Source of the DNA: Eledone cirrhosa
Lineage: Eukaryota
Assembly (NCBI GenBank): GCA_964016885.1
Contig: OZ024742.1
Coordinates: 41,168,001 to 41,232,000, forward strand
Reading direction: 5' to 3'
Length of the DNA stretch: 64,000 nucleotides
The translations under genes were made by a program, and so were the position numbers. Position 1 is the first letter of the stretch. Every line of letters begins with the position of its first letter. Below, piece by piece: positions 39,571-53,665 of the stretch. The notes below the pieces were generated by a model. The model was not told where the DNA came from. It saw only the letters and a list, made by a program, of their open reading frames with translations, and did not search any database.

Positions 39571-42240
39571 ATGCAACACTTGATTTCTTCCAGAGACGAC
39601 AAGGACTTCCTAATCATTGCAGGAGATTTTAACGGACACGTAGGTAAACACTGCGACGGCTTCAATAGAGTACATGGAGGCCATGGAGTTGGCACAAGGA
39701 ATGAAGAAGGATTCAGACTTCTAGAATTCTGCGACGCCAATGACATGTCGATATGTAACACAAACTTTAAAAAACCCGACAACCACCTGATCACCTATAG
39801 ATCAGGGGAGCACTCTAGTCAGTTAGATTTTATCCTCATCAGAGGACGTGACAGATGGACGGTCGTAAACACAAAAGCCTTCCCTAGTGAGGAATGTACA
39901 TCCCAACATAGCTTAGTTGTCAGCGACCTCACGGTCAGAACTAGACGAGCCCTGAAACAGAGGCCAACCTGGAGAAGAAAGATCTGGAAGCTGAAAGTCC
40001 CCTCAACCAGTAACAGATTTAAAGATATTTTACTCAACGCCTACGACAGTAAAGAAGAACAGATAGAGACATTTAACGTAGAAGAGAACTGGGAGTTCCT
40101 AAAAAATAACTTACTAGAGGCGACGGATGAGGTTTGTGGCTGGAGTAAGACCTCAAGCAGGAGGAGAGTGACTTGGTGGTGGAACAATAAGATAGATGAA
40201 GCAGTCAAGGCCAAGAGACAGGCATGGAAAGAATGGAAGAACGGGGGGAGCAGGGTACATTACATAGAGACCAAGAGGGAAGCTAGGCGACAAGTATACT
40301 TAGCTAGGAGGGAAGCAGAGGATAGAAAATTCAAGCATGTTTTACAACGTGAGGACCAGAAACAGGAGGTATTCAAGATTGCGAGGCAGTGTGTCAGAGA
40401 TAGTTGTGATGTCATTGGAGAGAAGTGTATCCGGAATGATAAAGGTGAGCTTGCCCTCACAAGTGCTGAGAAGAAAGATGCATGGAAGAGTCATTATGAT
40501 AGATTACTAAATGAGGAGAATGCATGGGAAGAAGAGACCCTACCCCACGTAGACCCTATAGAGGGACCAGCAGTACAAGTCAGCGGCAGCGTAGTAAGTA
40601 AGGCAATCAGAGATATGAAGATAGGGAAGGCAACCGGTCCATCGGGTATAGCTGCCGAGATGCTGAAGGCATCTGGGTCTGTAGGTCACACTATAACCAC
40701 ACGTATCGTTAACCAGGTAATACTAGAGGGGGCCATACCAAAAGATTGGTGCAGTAGCATCATTGTCAACTGCTACAAAGGTAAAGGCGATGCACTAGAT
40801 AGAGGAAACTATAGAGGTATAAAGTTGATGGACCAGGTCATGAAAGTAACAGAAAGAGTTATAGCACAGCTGATTAGGGACCGGGTGAATATAGACGAGA
40901 TGCAATTTGGGTTTGTTCCAGGGAAAGGCACCACTGATGCGCTCTTCCTTGTGAGGCAATTACAGGAAAAGTACCTAGCTAAAAGTAAGCCACTCTACTT
41001 GGCATTTGTCGACCTTGAGAAAGCCTTTGACAGAGTTCCACGTGCAGTAATCTGGTGGGCTCTTAGAAAACTAGGAGTAGATGAATGGCTTGTGAAAGCG
41101 GTACAAGCCATGTATAGGGGAGCAGTCAGCAAAGTTAGGATTGGCAATGAGTATAGCGAGGAATTTAGCGTACAGGTTGGGGTCCACCAGGGCTCTGTTC
41201 TTAGCCCTCTCCTGTTCATCATAGTCCTGCAGGCAATAACGGAGGAGTTTAAGACCGGATGCCCATGGGAACTCCTGTATGCTGATAACCTCGCACTCAT
41301 AGCTGAATCTATGGTAGAACTAGAGAATAAATTCCAAACCTGGAAGCAGGGACTAGAGAGAAAGGGCCTCAAAGTCAACATGACAAAGACTAAGGTCCTT
41401 ATAAGTAGACGAGAAAACAGAACCCAGATCCCCTCAGGGAAATGGCCTTGCTCAGTATGTAGGAAAGGTGTAGGTAGGAACTCCATTCTTTGCCCCAAAT
41501 GCAAACAATGGGTACACAAGAGATGTAGCGGGATCTCAGGAAGCTTAATTAAGAATGTAGGATTCACATGCAGCAGCTGTGCTGAAACAGCAAGCAAACA
41601 GCCACAGGAAACAAGTACCACCAATCTCTGGGAGGGCCCTGTAGAAACAGTAGACAGCTTCTGCTACCTAGGTGACCGAATTAGCAACGGAGGTGGGTGC
41701 TCAGAAAGTACAATAACTAGGGTAAGAACGGGATGGAAGAAGTTTAGGGAACTACTACCACTGCTAGCTGCAAAAGGCTTCTCCCTCAGAATGAAAGGCA
41801 GACTGTATGATGCGTGTATCCGAACAGCGATGTTGCATGGTAGTGAGACCTGGGCGCTGAAGGTGGAAGACTTACGTAGATTAGAGAGAAACGAAGCCTG
41901 CATGCTCCGATGGATGTGTAACAGTAATATACGTGAACGACAAAGCATAAATGAATTGAGAGAGAGACTGAGCATAAGAGGAATCAAATGCTGCGTGCAG
42001 GAGAGGCGGTTACGCTGGTATGGACATGTGATGCGTATGAAGGATGACAGCTGCATAAAAAGGTGCAGAGCACTAGAAGTTGATGGAAACCGCGGAGTGG
42101 GGAGACCCAAGATGACTTGGGATGAGGTGATAAAAGCCGACCTTACCCAACTACACCTCTCAAAGTCAATGACACACGACCGTGACTTCTGGCGTCACGC
42201 AGTAATACAGGGTACCCGACCTCCCATGGGTACATGCTGA
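39571..42240 (+). CDS. Endonuclease-RT ORF with internal PHD-type finger; catalytic motif reads YADN
   Basis: 889-aa ORF; FVDLEKAFDRV, GVHQGSVLSP, LLYADNL, CSVC..CPKC..HKRC..CSSC. Confidence 0.9.
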   Translation: MQHLISSRDDKDFLIIAGDFNGHVGKHCDGFNRVHGGHGVGTRNEEGFRLLEFCDANDMSICNTNFKKPDNHLITYRSGEHSSQLDFILIRGRDRWTVVNTKAFPSEECTSQHSLVVSDLTVRTRRALKQRPTWRRKIWKLKVPSTSNRFKDILLNAYDSKEEQIETFNVEENWEFLKNNLLEATDEVCGWSKTSSRRRVTWWWNNKIDEAVKAKRQAWKEWKNGGSRVHYIETKREARRQVYLARREAEDRKFKHVLQREDQKQEVFKIARQCVRDSCDVIGEKCIRNDKGELALTSAEKKDAWKSHYDRLLNEENAWEEETLPHVDPIEGPAVQVSGSVVSKAIRDMKIGKATGPSGIAAEMLKASGSVGHTITTRIVNQVILEGAIPKDWCSSIIVNCYKGKGDALDRGNYRGIKLMDQVMKVTERVIAQLIRDRVNIDEMQFGFVPGKGTTDALFLVRQLQEKYLAKSKPLYLAFVDLEKAFDRVPRAVIWWALRKLGVDEWLVKAVQAMYRGAVSKVRIGNEYSEEFSVQVGVHQGSVLSPLLFIIVLQAITEEFKTGCPWELLYADNLALIAESMVELENKFQTWKQGLERKGLKVNMTKTKVLISRRENRTQIPSGKWPCSVCRKGVGRNSILCPKCKQWVHKRCSGISGSLIKNVGFTCSSCAETASKQPQETSTTNLWEGPVETVDSFCYLGDRISNGGGCSESTITRVRTGWKKFRELLPLLAAKGFSLRMKGRLYDACIRTAMLHGSETWALKVEDLRRLERNEACMLRWMCNSNIRERQSINELRERLSIRGIKCCVQERRLRWYGHVMRMKDDSCIKRCRALEVDGNRGVGRPKMTWDEVIKADLTQLHLSKSMTHDRDFWRHAVIQGTRPPMGTC

Positions 42241-42306
42241 AGCATATAAACAATATACAAAGGTAAAGGCGATGCACTAGATAGAGGAAACTATAGAGGT
42301 ATAAAG

Positions 42307-43722
42307 TTGATGGACCAGGTCATGAAAGTAACAGAAAGAGTTATAGCACAGCTGATTAGGGACCGGGTGAATATAGACGAGATGCAATTTGGGTTTGTTC
42401 CAGGGAAAGGCACCACTGATGCGCTCTTCCTTGTGAGGCAATTACAGGAAAAGTACCTAGCTAAAAGTAAGCCACTCTACTTGGCATTTGTCGACCTTGA
42501 GAAAGCCTTTGACAGAGTTCCACGTGCAGTAATCTGGTGGGCTCTTAGAAAACTAGGAGTAGATGAATGGCTTGTGAAAGCGGTACAAGCCATGTATAGG
42601 GGAGCAGTCAGCAAAGTTAGGATTGGCAATGAGTATAGCGAGGAATTTAGCGTACAGGTTGGGGTCCACCAGGGCTCTGTTCTTAGCCCTCTCCTGTTCA
42701 TCATAGTCCTGCAGGCAATAACGGAGGAGTTTAAGACCGGATGCCCATGGGAACTCCTGTATGCTGATAACCTCGCACTCATAGCTGAATCTATGGTAGA
42801 ACTAGAGAATAAATTCCAAACCTGGAAGCAGGGACTAGAGAGAAAGGGCCTCAAAGTCAACATGACAAAGACTAAGGTCCTTATAAGTAGACGAGAAAAC
42901 AGAACCCAGATCCCCTCAGGGAAATGGCCTTGCTCAGTATGTAGGAAAGGTGTAGGTAGGAACTCCATTCTTTGCCCCAAATGCAAACAATGGGTACACA
43001 AGAGATGTAGCGGGATCTCAGGAAGCTTAATTAAGAATGTAGGATTCACATGCAGCAGCTGTGCTGAAACAGCAAGCAAACAGCCACAGGAAACAAGTAC
43101 CACCAATCTCTGGGAGGGCCCTGTAGAAACAGTAGACAGCTTCTGCTACCTAGGTGACCGAATTAGCAACAGAGGTGGGTGCTCAGAAAGTACAATAACT
43201 AGGGTAAGAACGGGATGGAAGAAGTTTAGGGAACTACTACCACTGCTAGCTGCAAAAGGCTTCTCCCTCAGAATGAAAGGCAGACTGTATGATGCGTGTA
43301 TCCGAACAGCGATGTTGCATGGTAGTGAGACCTGGGCGCTGAAGGTGGAAGACTTACGTAGATTAGAGAGAAACGAAGCCTGCATGCTCCGATGGATGTG
43401 TAACAGTAATATACGTGAACGACAAAGCATAAATGAATTGAGAGAGAGACTGAGCATAAGAGGAATCAAATGCTGCGTGCAGGAGAGGCGGTTACGCTGG
43501 TATGGACATGTGATGCGTATGAAGGATGACAGCTGCATAAAAAGGTGCAGAGCACTAGAAGTTGATGGAAACCGCGGAGTGGGGAGACCCAAGATGACTT
43601 GGGATGAGGTGATAAAAGCCGACCTTACCCAACTACACCTCTCAAAGTCAATGACACACGACCGTGACTTCTGGCGTCACGCAGTAATACAGGGTACCCG
43701 ACCTCCCATGGGTACATGCTGA
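42307..43722 (+). pseudogene. Duplicated RT half of the ORF
   Basis: Same as 40825-42240 except G/R at ISN[G/R]GG. Confidence 0.9.
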
Positions 43723-44678
43723 AGCATATAAACAATATGCCCCCCCCCCCCCCCCCCCCACCGCAAGGTGGTCGTGGAGGTGCCACGGCAAAAAAGCACC
43801 CAGCCCACACTGTAAAGTGGACGTGTAGGCGCCACGAAAAAGCACCCAGCACTCACTGTAAATGAGGTTGGTGTTAGGAAGGGCATCCAGCTGTAGAAAT
43901 CAAGCCAGATCAGTTCCTGTATGAGCAAGGCATGGTCAGCCGACCAGACACTGCCCACAACAGGACAACCCGTCTAACCCATGCTAGCGTGGAAGAACGG
44001 ACGTAAAACGGTGATGATGATGATGATGATGATGATGAAGGAGAGAAAGAAGAAGAATCAACCCAGTACTAGGCTTGTACTTTATCTACGTTGAAAAGAT
44101 GAAAGGCAAAGCTCACCTCTTCAACTCAAGAGTACAGTTGGTTGGAGCAAATACTGAGGCAGTTTTTATTTGATGCACTAATAACTCTTCCAATTTGTCA
44201 CCTGCAATAAAATATGATATACTTCCTACACTTAAATTGAACAAGTTTATTGCCATTTCGTTTTAATATGTTTTGTCTGATACTTGATGTGAAGATGTGT
44301 GTAGAAACAAATATAATTTCAAAGTAGGTTTTTTGTTTTATTATGCAAAGTTGAAAATAATTGAGGGAAGTGAAAAAAAATGAAAAGAATGTTAAATCCT
44401 TCCATAAGAATAGCGATATGGTTAAGCATCTTGTCCTAGTACACTGTGTGAAGGCACATGGCCTAGTGTTAGGATATTTGGCTCATGATTGTATGGTTGT
44501 GAGTTCAACTTGTAGTACCACATTGTGTCTTTTAGCAAGACACTTTATTTCATATTGTTTCAGTTCATTCAGCTGGAAGAAAGGAGTTATGCCTGTAATT
44601 TAAATTGCAGCCTTATCACATAGCGCCATGCCAAATCTCCCTGAGAATTTACGTTGATGCCATGGCATTTACACTGTA

Positions 44679-45892
44679 CAAGGGTGGACTGAACAGTTCA
44701 TAGTCTGACTATGAAGGAGTGATGCTAGAGCTGTGAAATTTTGCATGCATTAATTTCAACCGTTATTAATAACTTCATTGTTTCCTCCCCGGTAAACTGA
44801 CATCTGACTGTTCAAAGAAGACTTCAAAAGTAACTAGTAGGTAGCAACTTCTTTTGAAAATGGACAAAATTTGGCAACAGTGTTATCAACTACCTGCAGG
44901 AAAAGGGTTTAGACATCAAGAGATATTCATGCTGGCATGGTTGCTACATTAGGGGATGACTCTCCAGCTTTATCAACAGTGCAAAAGTGGGCAGCTGAAT
45001 TTAGGAGGGGAAGTGAGAGTCTTGAAGATGACTCAAGGTCTGGATGTCCTGTAACTGCCACATCTGAGTCAAACATTGATCATGTTCACCACATGATGAT
45101 GGATGACAGTGCTATAAGCATATTCTGTGAGAGAGTTGAGAATATTCTACACAATGAACTTGGTATGATGATGGTTTCTGCTTGGTGGGTGCCACATCTT
45201 CTGACACCTGATCAAAAGTGCACCAGGCTGATCACATCATGGGAAAATCTGATATTGTTTGAAGCAGATCAGCTGGTTTCCTTCAATGTTTCCTAATCCA
45301 TGATGAGTGTTGGGTTCATAACCTTGAGCAAGAGATAATCCATGCAGTGAAACACCCCTCCCTCTATGCTCCAAAGGCGCCAAGGTCATTTCATCAGCAG
45401 AGAAGGTTTTGGGGATGCAAAAGGCATTGTATTTATTGACTATCTTCAAAAAGGCCACACCATCAATAGAGAGTACTATGTCAACTTGTTGGGGCTGTTA
45501 CGAAAGGCTATCAAGACCAAACGTCCAAGAAAATTGATGAAAGGGGTCGTTTCATCTGGACGATGATTCAATGGCTGTTGTGCGTGACTGAACTGGTTGA
45601 TCACCCTTCCTATTCTCTCAATTTGACCCCATCTGACTATCATCTGTTCCCCAACAAGAAAAAAATACTTGGCTGGGAACCAGTATCACAATGATAATGA
45701 TGTCATATCTGCTGTTGATTACTTTTTTGGTCAACAGAATGAATGCTCCTTCACTAATGGGATCCAGACATTTCAACACCAATGGAAGAAGTGTGTGGAT
45801 CACAAGGGGGGCTATATTGAAAAATAAACCTCATTTGGTCACATTCCATGAGAGTATCTTGGTCAGCCCATAAACATTTCAGCTGACCCTTG
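44679..45892 (+). mobile_element. Mariner element with decayed transposase
   Basis: TA|CAAGGGT...ACCCTTG|TA ends; WVPHLLT and LTPSDYHLFP motifs; frameshifts. Confidence 0.88.
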
Positions 45893-48311
45893 TAATACAA
45901 GATGGACTATTTGTAATTCAAAGGGCCAAGTCCTGTTAAACACTCATGATGAATCTACCTAAGAATTTACCTTAAAGGTACATGTGTTTGGGGAATACTC
46001 AGCCACTTACACTATAATACAAGATGGACTGTACTTGTAATTCAAAGGGCCAGCCATGTCTCACATCGAATCTACCTGAGAATTAAATTAAGGCTACACA
46101 TGACATGTAAGTGGCTGAGCATTCTACAGATAATTTCATTAGCAGGCTATTCCATTGATTAAACAACTGGAACACTTGCTGCCAGAATCAACAGAAGACC
46201 AACAACTGGAAGAGTGCAATCATAATTAGAGGAATACAATTCAAACTATATCTATTCCATTATTGTTATTTCAATGTCATTCCATATTACATGCAGTTTA
46301 CCATTTATTCTCCACATCATCGTTTCATCCATTTTATTTCAGACATGCTGAAGGCTTCTTTTGTCATTGCTTCTGTAATAAAGTTCCAAGAAAAGCAAAG
46401 AGTATTTGAGACTCAATGATGATAGGGATTCAACTATTATCTTAGTCTTTCATATGCTAGTGAAGGTGCATGTCTTAATGGTTAGGGTACTGGACTTGCA
46501 CGGTTGCAAGGCTGATTCTCAAACAGTGACACATTGTGTCCTTAAGTAAGCTACTTTACTTCATGTTTCAGTCCACACAGCTGAGAAAAATTAATTGTGA
46601 TGACACTGGTACCAAGCTATATCAGCTTTTGTACAACATCTGTGTTGTGGAAAGAGGAGACTGGCATGCATTGGCAACTACTGGTCTTCCAGGCTTGGAA
46701 AAGCAAACCTATAGTCAGTTGGTCATGAATTTTGAATCCATGACCAATCATGGCCAAAGGAGACCCATTCTTTTTTTTCTTTTTTCCATGTGCTTAGTGT
46801 GTGAACACATTAGCAAACTTAACTATTTTGATATCAACTCGCTCCAAGCCACCTCTAGCTCTATGAAACAAAACCACCCATTTTAAAGGGTTCCTATGTA
46901 AATTAGAACCTTCCAACATAATTTTATATCAGAATCTTTCATTAAGTTATATTACAAATATGATCTAACTTTATTAAATCTTTCCAAATTCTTCATTAAT
47001 TAATTAAATACAGTGTAAAGGGTAGAGAGAACTCTTCAGTCTTGCTGGTGACACAAAAAAAAATGTACCCAGTACACTCTGTAACAGTCATGCTGGTGCC
47101 ACAATAAAGCATTTAGTATACTGTAAAGCCATAGAAACCATGCCAAAATATGGAATGTATGAGTAAAATATGATACCTCAACCTATCTTGTCTTACATTG
47201 CAACAATGCTAGCATGGAAGGTGGATGTAAAATGACGATGTACTTCATTAGAAACATGGTCATGAAAGGGTTAATAGTTTTCAGCACATTAGCATACAAA
47301 AATAACAAAATAAATCCAATTACTTTTTTATTTATTATTGTTTATATTATATTTCTCCATTTTTATACAGAACCTTATAACAATTTTCATAATTCATTAA
47401 GCCAGTAAGCCAGACCTGTTTAACACACATTCTCATTATCAACTATTTTCCATTGTCTGGAATTCTATTAGAATTTGAATACTCACAGGAAAAAAAAAAT
47501 GATAATAAATAAACCATTGTTTATGCCATGTTTTTTTTTAAGAATCAACAAAAGAAATATGCATATAAAAAATTAATATCATGCTAAATTAGATGACATT
47601 TTATATAAAGCAAAATAGGTCAATATTTTTTTACCTATATACAAAATATGGTAAACTACCTATGCTAAAAGTGTGTCTCTGTGTCTCTCTCTCTGTGTGC
47701 GTGCGCGCGTGCGCGCGTGCGCGTGTGCGTGTGTGTGTGTGTGTGTGTGAAAGAGCAGTGGGGGGAGCAAATAAATATGTGTTTACAAATTACAGATCAT
47801 ACAATCTGCTGGGTTATAGAAAATGCCATTGGAATTCTTGTATTTATAGTGTTAGATGTCATTATTTAATGTTATGTTTTGGCATTAGTGGCAACTAGAA
47901 TTTTATAGTCAAAATATACAGCATCATTGTTTAAAGTGTATACTTACTATAAAATTGATATTGTAAACAATGCTTAAAGATAAGCAACACGAACAGATAT
48001 ACCATTAGGCAGCATGCAACTGTGTTGAGAATTTGTTTATAAATAATTGTTTCTACTTTAGACAAGGCCAGCAATTATCCCAGTGCATTACTGGTACTTT
48101 ATTTTATCGACCCCGTAAGGATGAAAGGCAAAGTTAACCTCGGCGGGATTTGAACTCAGATAATAAAGGGACGTAACTATGCTGGAAAGCATGGCGTCCG
48201 ACCCTCTACCGATACTGTCAATCCACCGCCATTTATTTATAAATGGTACGCTTTAGCTCTATACTTAACAGAGTGCTCTTTTTTCTTTTATTTAGTCTAT
48301 GGAAACTCTTG

Positions 48312-48384
<73 letters not shown>

Positions 48385-49504
48385 GGTATATTTTTGACAA
48401 ACAAAATGAGCAGATGCTAAAATACATGCATTTAACATTTAACTCATTGTTAAGATTAGATTAGCCTGTGTGTGTGTCCACCCCACAGCCATTATTTTAA
48501 CACTAGCTGTTGTATTAATCTGTTCTTTCCTAATCTCTTCCATTTTATAAATTAAACATGGCAGTGTTAGCTGAAGATATATAAAACATCATTACAAAAT
48601 GTGATAAAAACATTTTTTTTTTAAAAAGGAAAGGAAAAATGCAATTAGTCTTGAGGTTTTAAACATTGTGTAATTTTGTAATCAACCAAAGTAATTGTCA
48701 AGTTAAAACAGAAAGATTGATATATAAAACATAAAAATAAATGGATTAGAAGCCAGTATAAAATAGAAAAAGATTGAGTTTAAATCTTTAAGCATTTTCA
48801 GGCAGGTTTTTTTTTTTGTTGGATAGGATCAATTGTTTCGGCAGAAAATTTTTCCCTTGTTTTGAAACTTCTGAAAATAAAGAGAAAATAAAAAAATACA
48901 TTACAAAGTAACATGTCACCATTACAACATCTTACACAAATTCATGACCACATTCCATACAATGGTGTGCTTCAAGTTGGTGGCTAACACAAACTAAAGA
49001 AATGTTGATATCATTAATCTTTTTGATACCAAACTGGTCAAAACTGGTTCTGGTTCTAGGAAAAAAAACTCATTTTAAAAAGTTCCTAATTAACTCTTAA
49101 TATCCCATAATGATTTTGTAGTAAATGTTTTAAAATGTGTTTGTTAATTCAAATGTTTATAGCATCTTTACTAGTGGACATACTTATGAAAACCTGTAGT
49201 ATCAGAATAAAGACTTAATTTTTTTATATGATGCAGTCATGGTGCTGTTTGTATTTTTCAAGAATGTCTTGGTAATGCAATGTGGTCCAGGAAATTAAGA
49301 GTTAAATTAAAATCTTCCAACATACTTTTATATAAGAACTATATGTTAAATTACTATCTTATTACCTGTAAAAGCACAAGATTTAGTGCATATTAATTTC
49401 ATAAGCAAGCTGGTATATTGATCAAACAACTGGAACACTTAATGTCTGCTTTCCAGGTTGGCATCAGTTGTATGGTGTTATTTTCATTTTAATAATAAAA
49501 TAAT

Positions 49505-50075
49505 AATTTTAAAGCATAGTAGCTAAAATAGGAACCAAGTAGAAAAAACTCAGGGACTTATTGCCAATGTTGATAACAAAGGAATTTTCTCTCCAAGCAG
49601 CAGGTAGGTTGAATGATGCCTGCATGCAAAGTATAATGTTGCGTGGTACTGACACATGGGCAGAAAATGCAAAAGATATGCAAGGGCTGGACAGAAATGA
49701 ATCAAGTATGTTATGATAAATATGTAATGTTAGTATGTTTAAAATATGAAGGATGGGGGAGCTGAGAGAAAAACAAGGTGTAAGAGGAATCAGTTGTTGC
49801 ACGCAGGAGAGAAGATTGCACTGGTATGAACATGTGATGTATATGGATGATGATCATTGAGTGAAGAAATGCCAAGAAAGCCAAGTGGAAGGTAGCTGCA
49901 GTAGAATAGGATGAAGAAAGAACTGGGTAGAGAAGGTAAGGGCTAATTTCAAGGCACTGAATCTCATAGAAGAGACAATGAAGGAATGCAACAAGTGGAT
50001 GGTGGTTGTGCTGAAGAAAACCTATCCAACCCATGCAAACATTAAATAACAGGCATAAAATGGTAATGATGATGT
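49505..50075 (+). mobile_element. Old RTE 3' fragment
   Basis: Decayed homology to 41710-42240. Confidence 0.75.
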
Positions 50076-51305
50076 TAGTAAATCCCTCAAAATTCTCTAT
50101 CAATTAATTGAAAGTGTATTTCATTAGAAATACAGACATGAAAGGATTAAACTTATCTTAGTTACTTGCCATGCCACGATGTGTAACGAACTTAGGAGTG
50201 AAGGGAATTATCAGCAAAATATTATTAGCTTAGCTATACTGATACTGATATTTCAGTCAAAATTGATCTTTATCACCCTACTGACTATATCTACAGTGTT
50301 GAGAGAGAGAGAAAGAGTGGTAAATAGAAAGGAGGAAAGGCAGAAAAATATTTGTTAATATTTCAGAAGTAGAGCATAAATAGACAAAATAAATATCAAT
50401 TTCCTGATTTTTATCTTCCTCTGGTTTATATTTACAACTCATAAAACACTGTCCACACATGCATACCACTCATCTACCCATCCATGTACCCTGAATTTCT
50501 GATGGATATATAGGAGTCCTGTTATAATACATATCATATCTTGGGCATTTCAACATGGTGGAGACCATTCCTCTCCTGGTTTGAACACAATCCATTACTT
50601 CCAGAGAAAACAGTGCAAGAGAGGTGGGGAGAGAGAGATGGAGGGGGGGGGGTTGACTCCAGTACAGAATGGGTACCTATTTATTGATCTCAAAATAATG
50701 AGTGAAGTTGACCTTGGCGAGATTTGAACTTAGTGAGCAGAAAGCCAAAACAAATACTGCAAAGCATTCTAGCCAACATTCTAACGATTGCCAACAACAC
50801 CAGTCATATCTGTTGGATATGGAGTGAGGAATATCTTAAATTGAATAGTATTGCTCAAATTATAAAGAACAGCCCCACCACCTACACCCTCGGGTTTAAT
50901 CTAGTTAGATATTTCTATTTCATTAGTTGAAAATATATAGTTGTAACTGTTTAGAAAATGTATTTTCAGGATGTTTAAAGAAACAAATTCCATTTAATTT
51001 ATTTATTACATTCAATCTTAAGGTTTTTAAATAGACAAGGTCATCAGAGGCAACTTACACAATGATAATATAACATAAAGGAAGTCTTATACCACATGTG
51101 TTCATTTTAAGAAACCCACACAAGATGAGAATTTAGGACTAACGGATCACAAAAAAAAAAAAAGAAAAGAAATGACATGACCTGAATAAAACCCACCAAG
51201 TTGTTAAGAATTAATTATTAGATGTTTTACCCAAAAAATTAAGCTCAATGCAACAAATATAAATATTTTATTTTATGTTATTTCATAAAATCTTTTTATG
51301 TACAT

Positions 51306-52000
51306 CAAAGGTTCTCAACAGGGGGCATATGCACCCCCCCCCACCCCCCACCCCACCCGGGGGGGTCGGAACTCCAGGGGGGCGTTTGTGAGCAAGGTCG
51401 CGTTAGGAGCTGGGGGAGGAGGGTTAGGGGGGCGCTGGAAGGCTCTTTATTTTGGTAAGTTTTATAAGCCATATTTGTATGTCTTTGAGACAGCCAGTGT
51501 GAATGCATTTGAATGAGCTTGCAGACAGCAAAACTATAGTCTGACCACACCTGTGAGCAGGTGTGCAGGCATGTCTGGTAATTGAGACGTTAACCGGTAA
51601 TTGAGATCCTATAAATGGAAAAACCCACAGTCAACTGAGTCACAGACACTTTGGGTGTAGCCAGTTAGAATCTTATTTTTCCTTCACCGATAACAATGTA
51701 TTTCATGTCTGAAATTATTGACTCAACCGCAACGAGTTAACACTATGTAGATCTATTTTATTCCCTATTGTATAAATAATATTACAAATAAAAAAAAAGA
51801 AAAGAAAAAACAGAAGCGAGTAGCACACACATCTAGGACCCACATACAACACATAAGCAGGTAATACACACATCTTTGGAATATTGTTAATCAATTTTTT
51901 AGTAATCTACTGATATAAAAGTCAGTAGTATATTGAAAAATGTTTCATGATTTCGATGGACAAAAGGGGGCGTTTGGCCTAAATGGGTTGAGAACCTATG
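51306..52000. mobile_element. Non-autonomous hAT element
   Basis: TIR CAAAGGTTCTCAAC / GTTGAGAACCTATG; perfect 8-bp TSD ATGTACAT. Confidence 0.9.
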
Positions 52001-52834
52001 ATGTACATCAACATCATCTACCTATTAACTTCTACTTGTTTAACCCAGCATCCCTTAATGATTTAGCAGACAATATCTAAAGACGGGTTAATTTAAATGT
52101 TTATAACGTCTTCACCAGCTGACATATTGTTGTGAACATTTGTAGTATTAGAGTATAGATGCAACCATAGGGCTGTTTTATTCTTTTCAAAAGTGTCTTG
52201 CTAATATGGTTTCATGTGGTACAGGACATTAAGAGTTAACTGGCATGAGTTGTTGATGTTTAGCTTTTTCTCTCTCCATCCTCTCACCCCACTACATACA
52301 CACTGCCAGGTCAGTCTTGATTGAGTAGACCTATGATCAAAGGCATTCCACCCATGACCTTTTACCTATTTACAGGGGACCTAGAACAACATTATTCAAA
52401 TTTTCATTAAATCACACCTTACCGTTAGGGTTAGGGTTGCTTTTAATCCTTTCAGAGTTGATAAAGTGTCAATAAAATACTGGAGTCGATTATTCTTTAT
52501 CTCTGAAAGAAATTGGCTATGGTCAAAGCCAGAGTTAAGGGATTAGTAACAGCTGTGAATAGAACCCGTTTCAGTTTGCTAGAAGCTTACCATCTACTCT
52601 ACATCTGCGATAGAGGTGGATCAAAAACTATACAGCAACACAAGAGTCAGTTCAGCTTGTATCTTTCCATTTTGTAATCTCAAATGATACTTTTTTTAAA
52701 TGAGCGAGGAATGTGGAACTCAATAGATGTTGAGTGTATATCTTATTTAAACTAAATTTTCTTGCTTGCTCTTGAGTTTCATGCCAACACACTGAAATTT
52801 GAATATCAAAAAAGAAAAGAGTGTGTGTGTGTAT

Positions 52835-52884
<50 letters not shown>

Positions 52885-53615
52885 AGAGAGAGAGAGAGAT
52901 CACATCATATGTATCTACACACAACAAAAGCTGGTGAACAATGCAGTAATAACATCACCTTGTATTGGGTAACTCAGTAACTAGGAAGTTATATGTCAGT
53001 TTGCCACGTGTTTTACATAATAATAATAATATATCTACCTCTGTGTATACGGAGGGCATATTCTTTAGTGATTACAATCCCACACTCAGGCAATGATATA
53101 TGTGTAAGATGGTCATGCTGGTGACATGGTGAAAGATTACCCAGTCCAGTCAGTAAGTTGGTCGTTTTGGTGCCACAATAAAAAAACACCTGGTCAATGC
53201 TGTAAATGTGGTTGCCATTAGGAAGAGCATCGAGCCATAGAAACCAAGCCAGAAACTGTTCTAGTATGTAAAATGGACGATAAACGATGATGATGATTAT
53301 ATATATATTGTTGTTGGCACTCCATTGGCTACAACGACAAGTGTTCTGGTTGATCCGATCAACAGAAGAGCCAGCTTGTCAAATTAAGGTGCAAGTAGCT
53401 GAGTATTCCACAGACACGCATAACCTTAACATAGTTCTTAAGGAGGTTCAGCATGACACAGAATGTGACAAAGCTGGCCTCTTCGAATTACAAGTACAAC
53501 TCACTTTTGCCAGCTGAGTGGACTGGAGCAATGTGAAATAAAGTGACAACGCACCGCGAACTCACAACCTTATGATTGTAAGCCAAATACCCTAACCATA
53601 ATGCTACACACGCAC

Positions 53616-53665
<50 letters not shown>

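Larger units (their letters stand above)
39561..44038 (+). mobile_element. RTE-like LINE, 5'-truncated, with a 1482-bp tandem duplication and a (GAT)n tail
   Basis: Partial AP endonuclease (IAGDFNGHVG, SQLDFIL, SQH) and RT; 40774-42256 repeats at 42256-43738; 3' UTR and tail to 44038. Confidence 0.95.

Noticed and set aside
40995-43592. Minus-strand ORFs of 148-209 aa
   Set aside because: Antisense shadows of the RTE ORF.
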